In this document: positions 12,452 to 25,639 of the stretch, piece by piece
Layout: the number at the start of each line of letters is the position of its first letter
Numbering within the stretch: the stretch's first letter is position 1
DNA from: Bilabrum cf. latius
Taxonomy: Eukaryota
Direction of reading: 5' to 3'
DNA length: 64,000 bases
NCBI GenBank assembly: GCA_965178125.1
Contig: OZ237758.1
Span: 372,001-436,000 of the forward strand
The notes under the pieces: model-generated
What the model was told of the DNA's origin: nothing
The model's database searches: none
What the model saw: the letters and a program-made list of their open reading frames with translations, nothing else
Position numbers and translations under genes: made by a program

Positions 12452-14235
12452 ATTCAATTTGCTCCGTCTGGCCCCGCGCGGGGTCCAGCACCTGCCCCAC
12501 CAGCATGCGCTGACTTCCTTGCACCTATCTCTTCTAGCAGAGTGCCGAATATGCAGAACGCGGACCCGGTGGCTTCGTCCCGACCACCAGTCGGGCCCGG
12601 AGGGCGGCCAGGCTGACCCAGCAGCAGGCGCTCAGGACGCGGGCCAGGCTGTGGCCGACCCGGAGCGGTACCGGCTCCTCGCTGCATTTCATAACCGGCC
12701 GGCCGGCCTCTTGGCGGAGGCCACGCAAGCGGCTCGTGAGAAATAGTATACCCCGGACTCAACGGAATATGGTGTTGGACCTTACGGTGGACGATGAACA
12801 CCGGCCCTGAGGCAACGATGCCACAGGTGCAGGCGCAAGCATATTCGCCGCAGCGGCAGTGCTTGCCGTGCCGGCCGGCCCACCTCGTGCGCGTTTCACG
12901 GCAGCAGTCTCGGAACGTCCACAAGGCCTGGCCTACCACCAGTGACTCGGCCCAGACTGGCCTTGTGCTAGCTCGGCTTGATGCAGCTGCTTGCTGTTTG
13001 CCTTGACCGGCTAGGGCGCAAACCTTGCCTCGGGTTTGCTCGGCTTGTGTGCCTTATCGTGCAGATGCACACTGCTTGGCTGTCACATTCTTGACGACAG
13101 GCTGGCCTGGTGCTGGCTTAGCTTGAGCACATCGTAATGCAGCTGCTTGCTGCTTGCATTGAATTAGTGGCTCCGGCACGGTCAGCTGTTCGTTCGCGAA
13201 CGTTCAGCTTCTCCCGGATCCAAACACAGACTGGCTTCGTGCTTGCTCGACTTGCTCGCCGTGCAGTGCAACAGCCCGCTACTTGCTCTGCCTAGCTCCA
13301 CCACAGACACGCATCGCGCTGGTGACGACGTTGGGGTCGGGTAGTGCACCCACTAGGTCTCTGACTTGCTCGCCCCGGCTTCGATGACCTCGCGCCTACT
13401 TGGGTAGCTGCTCGCTGCTTGGCGTGCTTGACTTGGCAAGTGTGCCTTCTGCTTGCATGGATTGTGAGCCTTGCACTGCAGCTTCTTGCGGCTTGCGGTG
13501 ACTGGCTTGGCCCACGACTCGCCGGGTACTGACTTGACTCGGCTTGAAAGCCTCATATTGCAGCTGCTCGCTGGTTATTTTGAGATTATGGCTCGCCCAT
13601 GGATAGGCCTCGTGCTTGCTCGGCGCGAGGGCATTCAGTGCAGCTGCTTGCTGGCTGGCTTAGCCTAGATCCGCGGCACACAGTTTCTGCACGCCTGTAA
13701 TGTACAGTTGCATCCGTGCGTGTTGCATCAGATAGCTCGAATTGTACGGCGGATGCTATCTTAGTATCGTATGGAGGCGAGTGATCCCCACGATGATGAT
13801 TCATTGCTGCTCGCCGCAGTTGAGTCCGTCATGATTCTCAAGCAATGCGAACGACGGAAGCTCGGCCATGTGTGCTCCGCCGATAGTCGCTACGAACTTT
13901 GACTGGCTCTGCAACAGATTGGCATCGTACTTGCTCGGCTTGAGAGCCCTGTATCGCGACTGCTCAATGCTTGCCTATACTGATTGGCTCAGCCTCACGC
14001 GTGCCTCGTGCTGGCTCGGCTGGATGGATGGAGCCTTGTATGGCAGCGGATTGCTGCTTGCCTTCGGTGAGCGGCTCAGCAGCGACTAGAATTGTGCTTG
14101 CTCGGCGCAAGAGCGCAGGGAAGTGTGGCTGCTCGCGGCCTGCCTTGGTTGCCTCGGCCGCAGCGGTGTCTCGTACCTCTTCGGCGTGTAAGCCTCGAAG
14201 TGCAGCTCAATCGCTGCTTGCTTTGACTTATTGGC

Positions 14236-17191
14236 TCGGCCACAGATTGGCCTTGTGCTTGCTCGACTTGCTAGTCTTGCATTGCAGCTGATCGCCATAG
14301 CTCGAGTGGCTCTGCCATACATCGGCATAGCTTGCGAGTCTTGCATTGCAGCTGATCGCTGCTTGGCTCGATAGGCATACTGCTTGCCCGGCTTGCGAGC
14401 CTCGCAGTGGCAGTGTAGCTGGACGCTGCTTTACTTGGCTTGGCAACAGACTGGCCCGGTGCTTGCTCGACTTGCTAGTCTTGCATTGCAGCTGATCGCC
14501 ATAGCTTGAGTGGCTCCGCCATGCATCGGCATAGCTCGCGAGTCTTGCATTGCAGCTGATCGCTGCTTGGCTCGATAGGCATACTGCTTGCCCGGCTTGC
14601 GAGCCTCGCAGTGGCAGTGTAGCTGACCGCTGTTTGACTTGGCTTGGCCACAGACTGGCCCGGTGCTTGCTCGACTTGCGAGTCTTGCATTGCAGCTGAT
14701 CGCCATAGCTCGAGTGGCTCTGCCATACATCGGCATAGCTTGCGAGTCTTGCATTGCAGCTGATCGCTGCTTGGCTCGATAGGCATACTGCTTGCCCGGC
14801 TTGCGAGCCTCGCAGTGGCAGTGTAGCTGGACGCTGCTTTACTTGGCTTGGCCACAGACTGGCCCGGTGCTTGCTCGACTTGCGAGTCTTGCATTGCAGC
14901 TGATCGCCATAGCTCGAGTGGCTCTGCCATCCATCGGCATAGCTTGCGAGTCTTGCATTGCAGCTGATCGCTGCTTGGCTCGATAGGCATACTGCTAGCC
15001 CGGTTTGCGAGCCTCGCAGTGGCAGTGTAGCTGACCGCTGTTTGACTTGGCTTGGCCACAGACTGGCCTTGTGCTTGCTCGACTTGCTAGTCTTGCATTG
15101 CAGCTGATCGCCATAGCTCGAGTGGCTCGGCCAGACTGCATTCCTGCTGGATAAGCAGATTCGACAAGGCGTCATGCTGACGACTCATTGCAGCCCGGGC
15201 GGTGCCCGGGCGACCAGACTTTGCCAAGACTGGCTCGAGCGGCTGCGCCCGTTCCAATAGCGCAAGGTGGTGGTGCACTGGCTGACCTGCCTTGAAGGTG
15301 CAGTCTCTGCGGCCACCACCCCCCGCCCACGCCATCCCCCGACCTTCCGGCGCCTGCTAGCGATGAGGCATGACACGCATTCGCACTGATGAGGCAGCAT
15401 GCATGATTCAGGCAGTATCCGAGGAAGCTGATGACACGCGTGCTGCACGCCGCTCGACTTGCAGGTCTTGCATTGCAGCTGATCGCTGCTTGGCTCGATA
15501 GGCATACTGCTTGCCCGGCTTGCGAGCCTCGCAGTGGCAGTGTAGCTGGCCGCTACTTGACTTGGCTTGGCAACAGATTGGCCTTGTGCTTGCTCGACTT
15601 GCGAGTCTTGCATTGCAGCTGATCGCCATAGCTCGAGTGGCTCGGCCAGACTGCATTCCTGCTGGATAAGCAGATTCGAGAAGGCGTCATGCTGACGGCT
15701 CATTGCAGCCCGGGCGGTGCCCGGGCGACCAGACTTTGCCAAGACTGGCTCGAGCGGCTGCGCCCGTTCCAATAGCGCAAGGTGGTGGTGCACTGGCTGA
15801 CCTGCCTTGAAGGTGCAGTCTCTGCGGCCACCACCCCCCGCCCACGCCATCCCCCGACCTTCCGGCGCCTGCTAGCGATGAGGCGTGACACGCATTCGCA
15901 CTGATGAGGCAGCATGCATGATTCAGGCAGTATCCGAGGAAGCTGATGACACGCGTGCTGCACGCCGCTCGACTTGCAGGTCTTGCATTGCAGCTGATCG
16001 CTGCTTGGCTCGATAGGCATACTGCTTGCCCGGCTTGCGAGCCTCGCAGTGGCAGTGTAGCTGGACGCTGCTTGACTTGGCTTGGCAACAGATTGGCCTT
16101 GTGCTTGCTCGACTTGCTAGTCTTGCATTGCAGCTGATCGCCATAGCTCGAGTGGCTCTGCCATACATCGGCATAGTGCTTGCTAGTCTTGCATTGCAGC
16201 TGATCGCTGCTTGGCTCGATAGGCATACTGCTTGCCCGGCTTGCGAGCCTCGCAGTGGCAGTGTAGCTGACCGCTGCTTGACTTGGCTTGGCAACAGATT
16301 GGCCCGGTGCTTGCTCGACTTGCTAGTCTTGCATTGCAGCTGATCGCCATAGCTCGAGTGGCTCTGCCATACATCGGCATAGTGCTTGCGAGTCTTGCAT
16401 TGCAGCTGATCGCTGCTTGGCTCGATAGGCATACTGCTTGCCCGGCTTGCGAGCCTCGCAGTGGCAGTGTAGCTGACCGCTGCTTGACTTGGCTTGGCAA
16501 CAGATTGGCCTTGTGCTTGCTCGACTTGCTAGTCTTGCATTGCAGCTGATCGCCATAGCTCGAGTGGCTCTGCCATACATCGGCATAGCTTGCGAGTCTT
16601 GCATTGCAGCTGATCGCTGCTTGGCTCGATAGGCACACTGCTTGCCCGGCTTGCGAGCCTCGCAGTGGCAGTGTAGCTGACCGCTGCTTTACTTGGCTTG
16701 GCCACAGACTGGCCCGGTGCTTGCTCGACTTGCTAGTCTTGCATTGCAGCTGATCGCCATAGCTCGAGTGGCTCTGCCATACATCGGCATAGCTTGCGAG
16801 TCTTGCATTGCAGCTGATCGCTGCTTGGCTCGATAGGCATAATGCTTGCCCGGCTTGCGAGCCTCGCAGTGGCAGTGTAGCTGGACGCTGCTTGACTTGG
16901 CTTGGCAACAGACTGGCCCGGTGCTTGCTCGACTTGCTAGTCTTGCATTGCAGCTGATCGCCATAGCTCGAGTGGCTCTGCCATACATCGGCATAGCTCG
17001 CGAGTCTTGCATTGCAGCTGATCGCTGCTTGGCTCGATAGGCACACTGCTTGCCCGGCTTGCGAGCCTCGCAGTGGCAGTGTAGCTGGACGCTGCTTGAC
17101 TTGGCTTGGCCACAGACTGGCCCGGTGCTTGCTCGACTTGCTAGTCTTGCATTGCAGCTGATCGCCATAGCTTGAGTGGCTCTGCCAGACT
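14236..17191. repeat. 204/206-bp satellite array inside element unit 2
   Basis: Same organisation as 6645-9600 at offset +7591. Confidence 0.95.
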
Positions 17192-17342
17192 GCATTTCTG
17201 CTGGAAAAGCAGATTCGACAAGGCGTCATGCTGACAGCTCAGTGCAGCCCGAGCGGTGCGCGGGCGAAGAAGCTGAGGACACGCGTGCTGCACGCCGCTC
17301 TCGACAAGAGTCGGCAATGCTCTCGCACCAGCCGGTGGGCGC

Positions 17343-18071
17343 ATGGCGGTACCACGGATAAGTACATCGACAAGATTGTGGCTTGCGGTTTCCAGCCAGA
17401 TCGCAGCTATCGAACAGGCGCAAGGCTTGCTGAACATGCGCACGACCAGGCAGCCCGTGCTCCTGCCACAATTAGTCCTCTCCGTGCTCAAGTTCTGCAA
17501 TGACGGCGACTTAAGAGATGTACGGTGTTCGGGACGATGCTAGCGTGGGGGCTTGGCTTCGGCAGCCGCAACTTCGAGCTAATTAACCTCAAGCATGAGG
17601 AGGTCCACATCGCCTGTTCGGGGCCTGTACCGGTTTTCGTGCTCACGCCAAGACAGGGGCGGGTCGATCCGATTAGGCCTATGCCGTCACGGCTCCCGGC
17701 TGTTCGAGGGGGCGAGATTCAGTCGTAGGCTAAAGTATACCTATGCCCTCGATTCTGGCAGGTCGCATGATCCAAGATGGCTGCTCGCCTCTCACGCGTA
17801 CCATCGACCACGTCTTTCCCAACTTTGGTGTGTCGCCCCCTGTGCCATACACGTATGCAACGTGGAGAGCCCAGTGGGACGAGCTGCTGCGCAGCTGCGA
17901 CCTCCCGCCATCGGGGACCCACACTCCCAGAAGGACGGGTGCCACGCTGTTCGTGGACAGTAGAATCCGGATTATTGGCGCGATCTACGTCAGATTTTCG
18001 GCTGGTCGCCGCAATCCAGCATGCCAGCGGTGTATGCTGAATCAGGTTCTTCAGCGACAGACTAGGCAGTG
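17343..18071 (+). pseudogene. Tyrosine recombinase pseudogene, element unit 2
   Basis: Same motifs and same frameshifts as 9752-10480. Confidence 0.8.
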
Positions 18072-18824
18072 CTCGAAGCACGACGGCGTACTGCAGTACG
18101 CATGGAACGGGCCCCACCCCGGACTCCGCACCGCTCCTTTCGGAACAACCTTTGCGTCCTCCAGCACGAAGGGGCCGCCATTTTCGGCAAATCTGGCCTC
18201 TTCGGGACGATTCGAGGCCAGCGAAACCGAGCAGCCGGGTCACAGGCACCTGTACCGGACAAGCACAGCGCACCAGAAGGTCGCCAAACTGCGGCTTCGC
18301 ACGCAGGGACCCAAGCACAGGGCCATCACCCAGCGGAAGCAACCGTTGGGAAAACGCAATTACGGCTAGACAGCCAACAGCGAGGAACGGCAGCTGCCGA
18401 GGACGACTCCGACAGCAACACGGGGGGTCAAGCAAGCGACCGCGACCTGTTGCGCACAGCTGAGCTTCGTCAACGCGGCGCAAGACCCCATCCAATGCAA
18501 GTCGCTGGCCGGTCTGCAGTAGCGACGCTTCGGCAGTCAACAGCGGCACTGGGCACAGTGACGGACGAACCGCACCGAGTGGGCGAGCGACAGTCAGCGC
18601 GACTGGTCGCAAGGGCCCGGATAAGATAGAACGGCTTGGGCTAACTAGCTGATGCATCAGTATTTGTCAAGCGATTGGCACTACGCTTAGTGCCAGGTGT
18701 CGTGCTACACGACTTATTGTGTATTTGTCATGCGACATAATGCTACACCTTGCTAAGGTGCCCCCAGAGTTTGGTAATGAGCCACACACGTCTTGGCGAG
18801 AGGCAGCCACTGCGCGGCAGCATG

Positions 18825-19393
18825 GTGCAGCTCGCAGCTCGTGTAGCACCCCACGAACGGCCATCGAGGCCGACGTGGTAGGTGCGAGCCGCGAGGGCCG
18901 CTAGCTGGCGGCCCCTCACCAGCTCAAACCAAACTACTGAGGGTAGGTGGAGGTGGTTTATCCACCGCCACTAAGTGCAATATACACGGAATCCATTGGT
19001 TATGCTCCTTTAGGTGCCGGTCAATGTGTAGCCTGTGTATGTGCACGCAACTGAGCCGATACCAGACGGCCGTCAGGCGTGGCTCAGCTCCTCACTCCTA
19101 TCAAGAAATAGTACGCACCGCTCAAGCGTGAGTAAACATGACAAGCGCTAGACTTGTTTCAAACACCCACCCACCACCCTCGGCGGGGGTGCCTTTGCCC
19201 CCCGTCATCCTTCACTGGTGTGCAGCTCGCAGCTCGTGTAGCACCCCACGAACGGCCATCGAGGCCGACGTGGTAGGTGCGAGCCGCGAGGGCCGCTAGC
19301 TGGCGGCCCCTCACCAGCTCAAACCAAACTACTGAGGGTAGGTGGAGGTGGTTTATCCACCGCCACTAAGTGCAATATACACGGAATCCATTG
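18825..19393 (+). repeat. Terminal B-A-spacer-B repeat block
   Basis: B 18825-18998, A 18999-19165, unique C/G-rich 54-bp spacer 19166-19219, B 19220-19393. Confidence 0.95.
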
Positions 19394-19539
19394 ACGATGC
19401 TGGGAACCGTGTGGACGAAGCCATTTTGGTCGTGTACATTTTGAAGAAGATGACAAAAACATCGAGCGCACGCGCGAACTGAGCACAAGGCAGGCAACTG
19501 AAAAGTCAATCAGTCGAGCACTCATCTCAGACTAGTATA

Positions 19540-20832
19540 ATGTACCAAGGAACTTCCCCGCGTCGGCAGCGTGGGATATCGAAGGAAGAGGCAGCCATGC
19601 TGGCGAAGAAACTCAGTATGCCAACGGCTCAGCAGCTTCGCAAATCTCATTGGCAGGCGCGGGGTCTTGAGGTAAACAACAGCAGCGCCCCATTTGCTCC
19701 AAACCATCGGAAAGTCGTGCATGGCGTGCAGCAGAGAATACAGTCGGCCCGTGCGAAGGAAGCGTTGAGTCCGCTGGAAATGAAGCGAGAGCTGCAGGCC
19801 TCCCGAGTGCGAATCGGTGGAGACTCGCCGAGCAAGAAGACTCCAGGTGCCCGAATGGCAACTGAGGTCGAATGGCAGAATCTCAAGAAGCGCGAGGCAA
19901 TGGAGCAGCTGCGGGTGCCCACCGCGCAGGAAGTCAAGGCTCGGGCCACGGCAGACCACGTGGTGATTCGCGACGACGCTCTCGGAGGAAAAGGGACCGG
20001 AATGGACGCAGCAGTAGGGAGGCCCAATCCCGCTGCGCATCGAGACGGGAGCACCAGGCGGGCGCCCAGCGCTGCCGACAGTGCTCACTCTAGCAAAGCA
20101 CTTGCCTGCTCGCCCCGGTCCATGAGCTACAAGGAGGTGAAGGCGAAGATGACCCAGGACCATCTGGGATTCAGAGGAGGGGTACAGCCTAGTCCTGACA
20201 GGGTGGCTCGCAGGGCGCCAGCACCCGGCGATGCGCGCCTGCTGGGCGAGCGCATGCCGGTTGCAACCAGGGAGTAGAACCGAGCGCGCCACCGCGCGAC
20301 CCAATGGCAGGTAGGAGGGACCGATAGCGGTGCCGTTGGTGCTTCAGCATCGTCACCATCTTCAAAGCACGGTCAGGCCCCTCACCATCGGATCCACGGC
20401 AGGGTACAGGAGGAGAGAAGGAGGCTGTACGAGCAGAGCGTCTAGAGGCAAGTGCCCGCGGGAAACCGCTCGCCTCCTCGGGCTCAGGCCGGATCTCAAG
20501 TGTTCCCCGCCTCTACTTCTTTCCAATCGAGAGGGGCTGCAGAAGGACCACAGGGTGCAGCCGCGCGAGCCAGCCCCGCGATTCGCGGGCCCAAGGACGT
20601 CTACGGTGCAGCGATGTCGTTCGATGACGGCGTTAACGGGGGACAGGGACGGAGCTCGAGGACGGGAACAGGAGTGGGTGGTATGTTGCGCCCGAAGGCT
20701 TCGGATACTGGTTCCACCTCGGCTGCTTCTGCAGGCAGCAGCGGGGCAGCTGGCACTCTGCTGCCGCCGCGAGCTCGACCTGACTAGGTCAGGCGAGCGC
20801 ACAACTTCCGGCACCAGGTGGTGCTAGGATGA
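19540..20832 (+). CDS. Hypothetical basic, probably disordered protein (~430 aa; 3 in-frame TAG)
   Basis: ORFs 19540-20277 and 20452-20787 share a frame. They join through TAG at 20275, 20443 and 20785 and end ...RAHNFRHQVVLG-TGA. Internal similar motifs LSMPTAQQLR and LRVPTAQEVK. Confidence 0.65.
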
Positions 20833-21073
20833 GGTTATTTGTGTATGCCATAAAATGGTGCTTGGTCACCCGGAACTCCGCAGCTGCAATCTCCAGGGTG
20901 TGCCGCACAAGACAGCCGTTGCACCTATGCGACCATCATGATCATTTTATTTGGCAATTTTCCGCGACTTTTCGCGAAGCATTCAAGCGAGATTTCTTGC
21001 ATGTCACTCACGTTGCAAACGAATTGCATGTCCAGAAGTGTGATTCTTAAGTGATACTCAGCTTTCATACGGT

Positions 21074-24000
21074 ATGGGAGCTCCGGGGGAGCCAGGTTAT
21101 AGAGATTCTTGCCTTTGTGACTCGAGAGAGTCCTTTGCCTCGTGGACAGCGGATAGGTTGCCAATCGTCGCCGACCAGGTCACTGATCGCACTCGAGCAA
21201 TTTTAGTTGTCCCTCTCGCTTCATTGCTGCTGTCTGGAGTATTCCTCGTGATGCAAGACACGAGTGTTGGAGAGGAACTGGGTCGCGCGTCATTGATTGC
21301 CGGCGATACGGATGGCTCCATCTGGTATGATTTAGCTCTTGCATGTGCTGGATTTGGTGGAGCAGTCGCCATGTTTACTGTGTCTGGGACGGGCAGGCGC
21401 GCAACTCTCATAGCCGGCAGCATTGGCTCGATGCTTTCGCTGGTGTGGATGGGTTTCATGCTGCAAAGCATCGACTTCCGCTTCGTCCCTTAGGCATTGA
21501 CAGTAGGCCTCGGCGCAGCGAGCATAAGTCTAGGACTATGCCTGGGCGTGTCTATTGTCGCCGTGGTCAGTGCGTGCGCATGCAGGGGCTCAACAGCAAG
21601 CGCGGTGAAGCAGGAGCAGCACTTCCTGCGCGACTGCAAGCAGTACGCTGCTCAGTTGCTTCGAGGCGATCAGATAGCGAAGCGGTCCGAGCTCAAGCAG
21701 CGCGAAAAACGAGAACGAGAACGCGCTCTCAAGCTGGCACGGTCTAACTCGAGAAAGAAGCTCACCAAGCTGCGACCGGGTTCCTTGCCGAGCCCTCGCC
21801 TTTCCGCCCCTGCCAGTGGCCGCAAAGGCATCCAGGCAGCGGCAAGTCCCGTCGGCAATGACGGTGGTACAGTCAGCTATTCTGTTGGGCTCGGCCCTTC
21901 GGATGGGGGCAGCTGCTCTGCGCAGTGCTCGCAGTGCCTGGGCTGGATCCAGACGGAGCTGGACCACTCAGAGCCCCTTGCATTCAGGTGGCCGCAACGC
22001 CTTGTGAGCACCGTGCTGGTCGGCGTCGTGACGTCTCTCCTAGCATATTACGTGTACGGTATCGCGCTGTCGGATCTGCTCAACTCGTTCATCACCGACA
22101 CGATCGAGCCGCTGCAGCAGCAAACGCAGCAGCTCGCTCAAAACACGTCCGGCTTGCTAAATCAGACCAAACTGACGCTTGACACGCTAGAGAAGACGTA
22201 CGGCCTGGATGCAGAGTACTGCACCGATCTATTCCGGAACGTGTCTCGGTTCGACCAGGAGCTCGAAGAATGGGTTGCGAATCGGACCGGTGGGGCGGGA
22301 GTGCCTACATGGCTACCGAATGATGGCAGCGGGGAGCCTTGGCCCGATCACGACGACTAGCTCGAAGATGGTGGCCTACCTGGGATTGCTGGGCAGAGGC
22401 GGCTCCATGGGTTGGAAGTGCCTGCCAGTGAAGAGGGCGACCTGCGGGCTGAAGCCGCCCTGTTCAGTCAATCGGCCGAAAACGGTCCACCCTTCGATCG
22501 ACCACTGCCACTGCTAGTGTCAGTCTCAGGTAGTAGTGCTCAGGCCAACAGAACGAGGGCCCGCATGATGCTGCGTAGAAGCAGTCGAAACACGAAGAGG
22601 ATGCTGCTGCAGTGGCACAGCCACTTTGATTAGAGTGGTGGCAGGGTGCCGCAGCTGTCTTCCGCATCGTGGCTGTGGGAAACTGTTCCTGATACCAAAA
22701 CAGCGGCAGCTAAGCCAAAGACGGGAAGCATTGAAGCGCATCCATTGCACCTGGGACTCTTTCATGCGATCCATGGGTCAGCCCCAGCCGCGCTGCTACG
22801 GGCAGCATCTCGTGCTGGATGGTCCATCACGAAGCTTGGCGCACGGGCCCTTGTCCTGGGCCCCTTTCATCGCGTCAGAGAACAAGCAGGTGAAGAGGTG
22901 AGGTCGGTCATCCGCCAACACTTTGGAAGGGGCGGGGCGGCGGGTGCTTTGGGTCAGCGTGTCCCTGATGCTGCTGGCGTGTCACTCGGTCGTGTCATGG
23001 CACACCACAGGCAGCTCCAGATTGAATCCGACGACTCGATCTCCAGTCCGGGGCAGTTCACCAACGAGCTGCTGGAGGAGTTCTTCCCCGATGTGGTGGC
23101 GCAGGGCGCGAACTTCGAGCAGGTTGGAGCGCTCTGCATGCAAGTCGTCCAGCTCAACGCATCGCTTGCAACGCTGGAGAAGTCTGCGAGCCTGGCAGAA
23201 GGGGCCTCCACCTATGACATGGACCGAATCTACGCCGCTGCGCGCCAGGCCGTGGTAGCAGGCAACACTGTCGCCCTGTGCATCGTGCTGCTCTCATGGG
23301 TCACGGTCATGCCGCGGTACAAGAAGTTGATCCTCTGGCTGCGCAAGGGTACCAAGAGCACCAACCTGAAGCAGGCGGACAGGATCAGAGCCATGGCCAA
23401 CGTGGCCAAGATGCAGGGCAACACGCCGCTGGCCGAGGCCCTCTCGCGCATGGTGCGGCGGTGCCAGCGGGCCCAGCTAACGACAACCGGTGGCCTTCGC
23501 GGCGATGGGATAATAACGACTGCGTAGCCACGGGCTGCAAAACCGCCTCGGTCGAGGCTAGCCTCTATCGCCAGCACGACGTCGTTGGCTTCATCGTTTG
23601 CGTCCGAGTCGACGCGCCGCTCGGCCGAATCGTCACCAGATTGGGGGTAGGAGTACGAAGCTGACACCGGCATCATCGGATCGCAGCTGGCAATCATGCA
23701 GGCAGGGTCGTCAGTTGAGGCCCAGCCGATGAAGCAGCTGGCGGCGCATGATGGTCGTGAGGCAGGGCGATCTGCCGCTACCAAGCCTGCAAAAGCAGCG
23801 AGTGAATCTGCTGCTGCGCTCGGCATTCCAACGGCAGTGGGTGTGTTGCCTCATATGTTCGGATGGCACTTTAACGTGGACGACGGCTTCACAACTATCA
23901 TGGATGTGCACCCGGGCTACTACTTTCCAGACAAGGTGTCCTACCTCGTCCCGCTGGCAGTGTTCAACACGGCCCTGGCGGTGTACGTGATCGCCACGAT

Positions 24001-25639
24001 TCTCGCCGTGCCTCTTTTCGTACTGCTGGTGGAGGACTGGAGGGACAACGTCCTGAAATACGTCTGGGAAAACTACCGATCTTCATTCATCATGATCGCG
24101 GTCGACGTCTCGGTGCGGTTCGGGCTCCTCCGAACGATCATCACGGACCACCAGCACATGCTGTGGAGTCGGGTGTTCCACTTCCTCGACACCGCCTACC
24201 TCTTCTATGCAGCCGTGTTTGGGATCTTGGTTGGGGTGACTCGACTAGCCATGTCGTTCGGTGCCTCGCTTGTCGTCATGGCGAGACCAGACGTGCGCAC
24301 ATTCGCTGCTTTTAAGATCTTCGACGTCTACCACACTGCCTACGTGTCGACGGTGCTGCTGGACCACAGGCACAACAATCCGCTGCTGAGGTGCATGTGC
24401 CATTCCATGCTGGATACGTCTCGTGAAAGGGTCCAAGAGCTAAAGGCTGCGTGCGTGCCGTTTGTCAGGCGGCTCGGGATGCAAGAGAGCAAGGTTCGCG
24501 ACTCGAAAGCATCCAGCGGTATGACGGCACCTGAGCGCGCGCACAGTCTGGAGATGAGCTCCACTAGCACTGTCACCCAGGGAACTGGGCTTGGGCCTGG
24601 GCATCGATCGAGTGAAGCTAAACACGTGCAGCAACGAGAGCGGGAGCTGCCTACCGCGCAAGGCCCACATAGCACTGTGATCAACCCGCTCAATCGAGCC
24701 GTGCAGGATGGGGTATATGGCAGAGAGGGGGCCCGACCGGCCGATAGCTCCATTTCGCGCGGTACGAGGGGGGACTCAGATGAGGTGCCGAACGAGCTGT
24801 ACGGCGCTTCCTCGCCGGTTACCTAGCCTGGCTCCAATTCTTCCGTTGGACCCGGTGGTATTCATGCAGGCCTCCTCCGGGGCCTGCCTGTTGTGGGAGA
24901 ACACGTCCTCGAGGAGAGGCCAGCCCGCCTCCATGCGGTGTGCGGGGCCACCTGCCTGCCAATCCTGGACCACGTGGACGATGATGAACCGCTGCCTGCC
25001 TGGATCCGCAAGGACGACTGCACCGGTCGGCTGTGCGGGGGCGCGCGCGCGGATGCGCAAGAGTGGTTCGATGGTGACAGGCACACGCTCGTGGCCGATG
25101 CTTCGGCCGGGTCGTTCAGGCACCCTTGGCCACAGGGAGCAGCTCCACCAACAACCGCCATCGAGGCAGTGCGCGCGGCGTACAAGCCTGGCGGCGCGCT
25201 CAGGTCGCTGTACATACGGTTCCGGTGGCAGCTGGCCTACACGCTGCTCAACAACCCGCAGCTGATCGAGCTCAGGAAAGATGGGAGCCTCAGAAGGGCG
25301 GGCAAGCCGAACACGGTGAACTCTTCGCAGCAGACTAGCGGCGTGGTGAAGCCAGCTCAGGGACAGCACGAGGAGGAGCTTGAGTCTGCGCCTGTGGTGG
25401 AGGACCGTGGCGGACCTGCTCCTACATCACACCCAGCATCGTAGGCCCAACTCTCGTCTAGGTCCAGGATGGACCGCGTGCGGGGCCAGCTACGCGGCAT
25501 GGTACAGCAACGCGACCAGCCGGGGCCCGCCGCAGCTGCCAGCGCTGCTGTCGGCATCGGTAGCCTGGATGCTTCGCCCTCCCACGCAGACTCCCAAGAG
25601 CATGCATCCGGGCTGGCACCAGTCGGAGATCTGTGCTGA
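21074..25639 (+). CDS. STRA6/RBP-receptor-like multi-pass membrane protein (~1521 aa; 7 in-frame TAG)
   Basis: Six listed ORFs share one frame, broken only by TAG (21491, 22358, 22631, 23525, 23648, 24824, 25442), and end in TGA. Several hydrophobic segments are present. YVSTVLLDHRHNNPLLRCMCHSML and RFRWQLAYTLLNNPQLIELRK resemble the conserved STRA6-family C-terminal motifs. Confidence 0.8.

Larger units (their letters stand above)
3817..19393 (+). mobile_element. Tandem dimer of a non-autonomous Ngaro-like (tyrosine recombinase, split-direct-repeat) retroelement
   Basis: Two near-identical 7591-bp units. Repeat order is A(3817-3983)..B(11234-11407)A(11408-11574)..B(18825-18998)A(18999-19165)-54-bp spacer-B(19220-19393), the A1..B1A2B2 pattern established for Ngaro elements. 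Each unit holds a degenerate tyrosine recombinase. No target-site duplication is visible. Confidence 0.85.
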
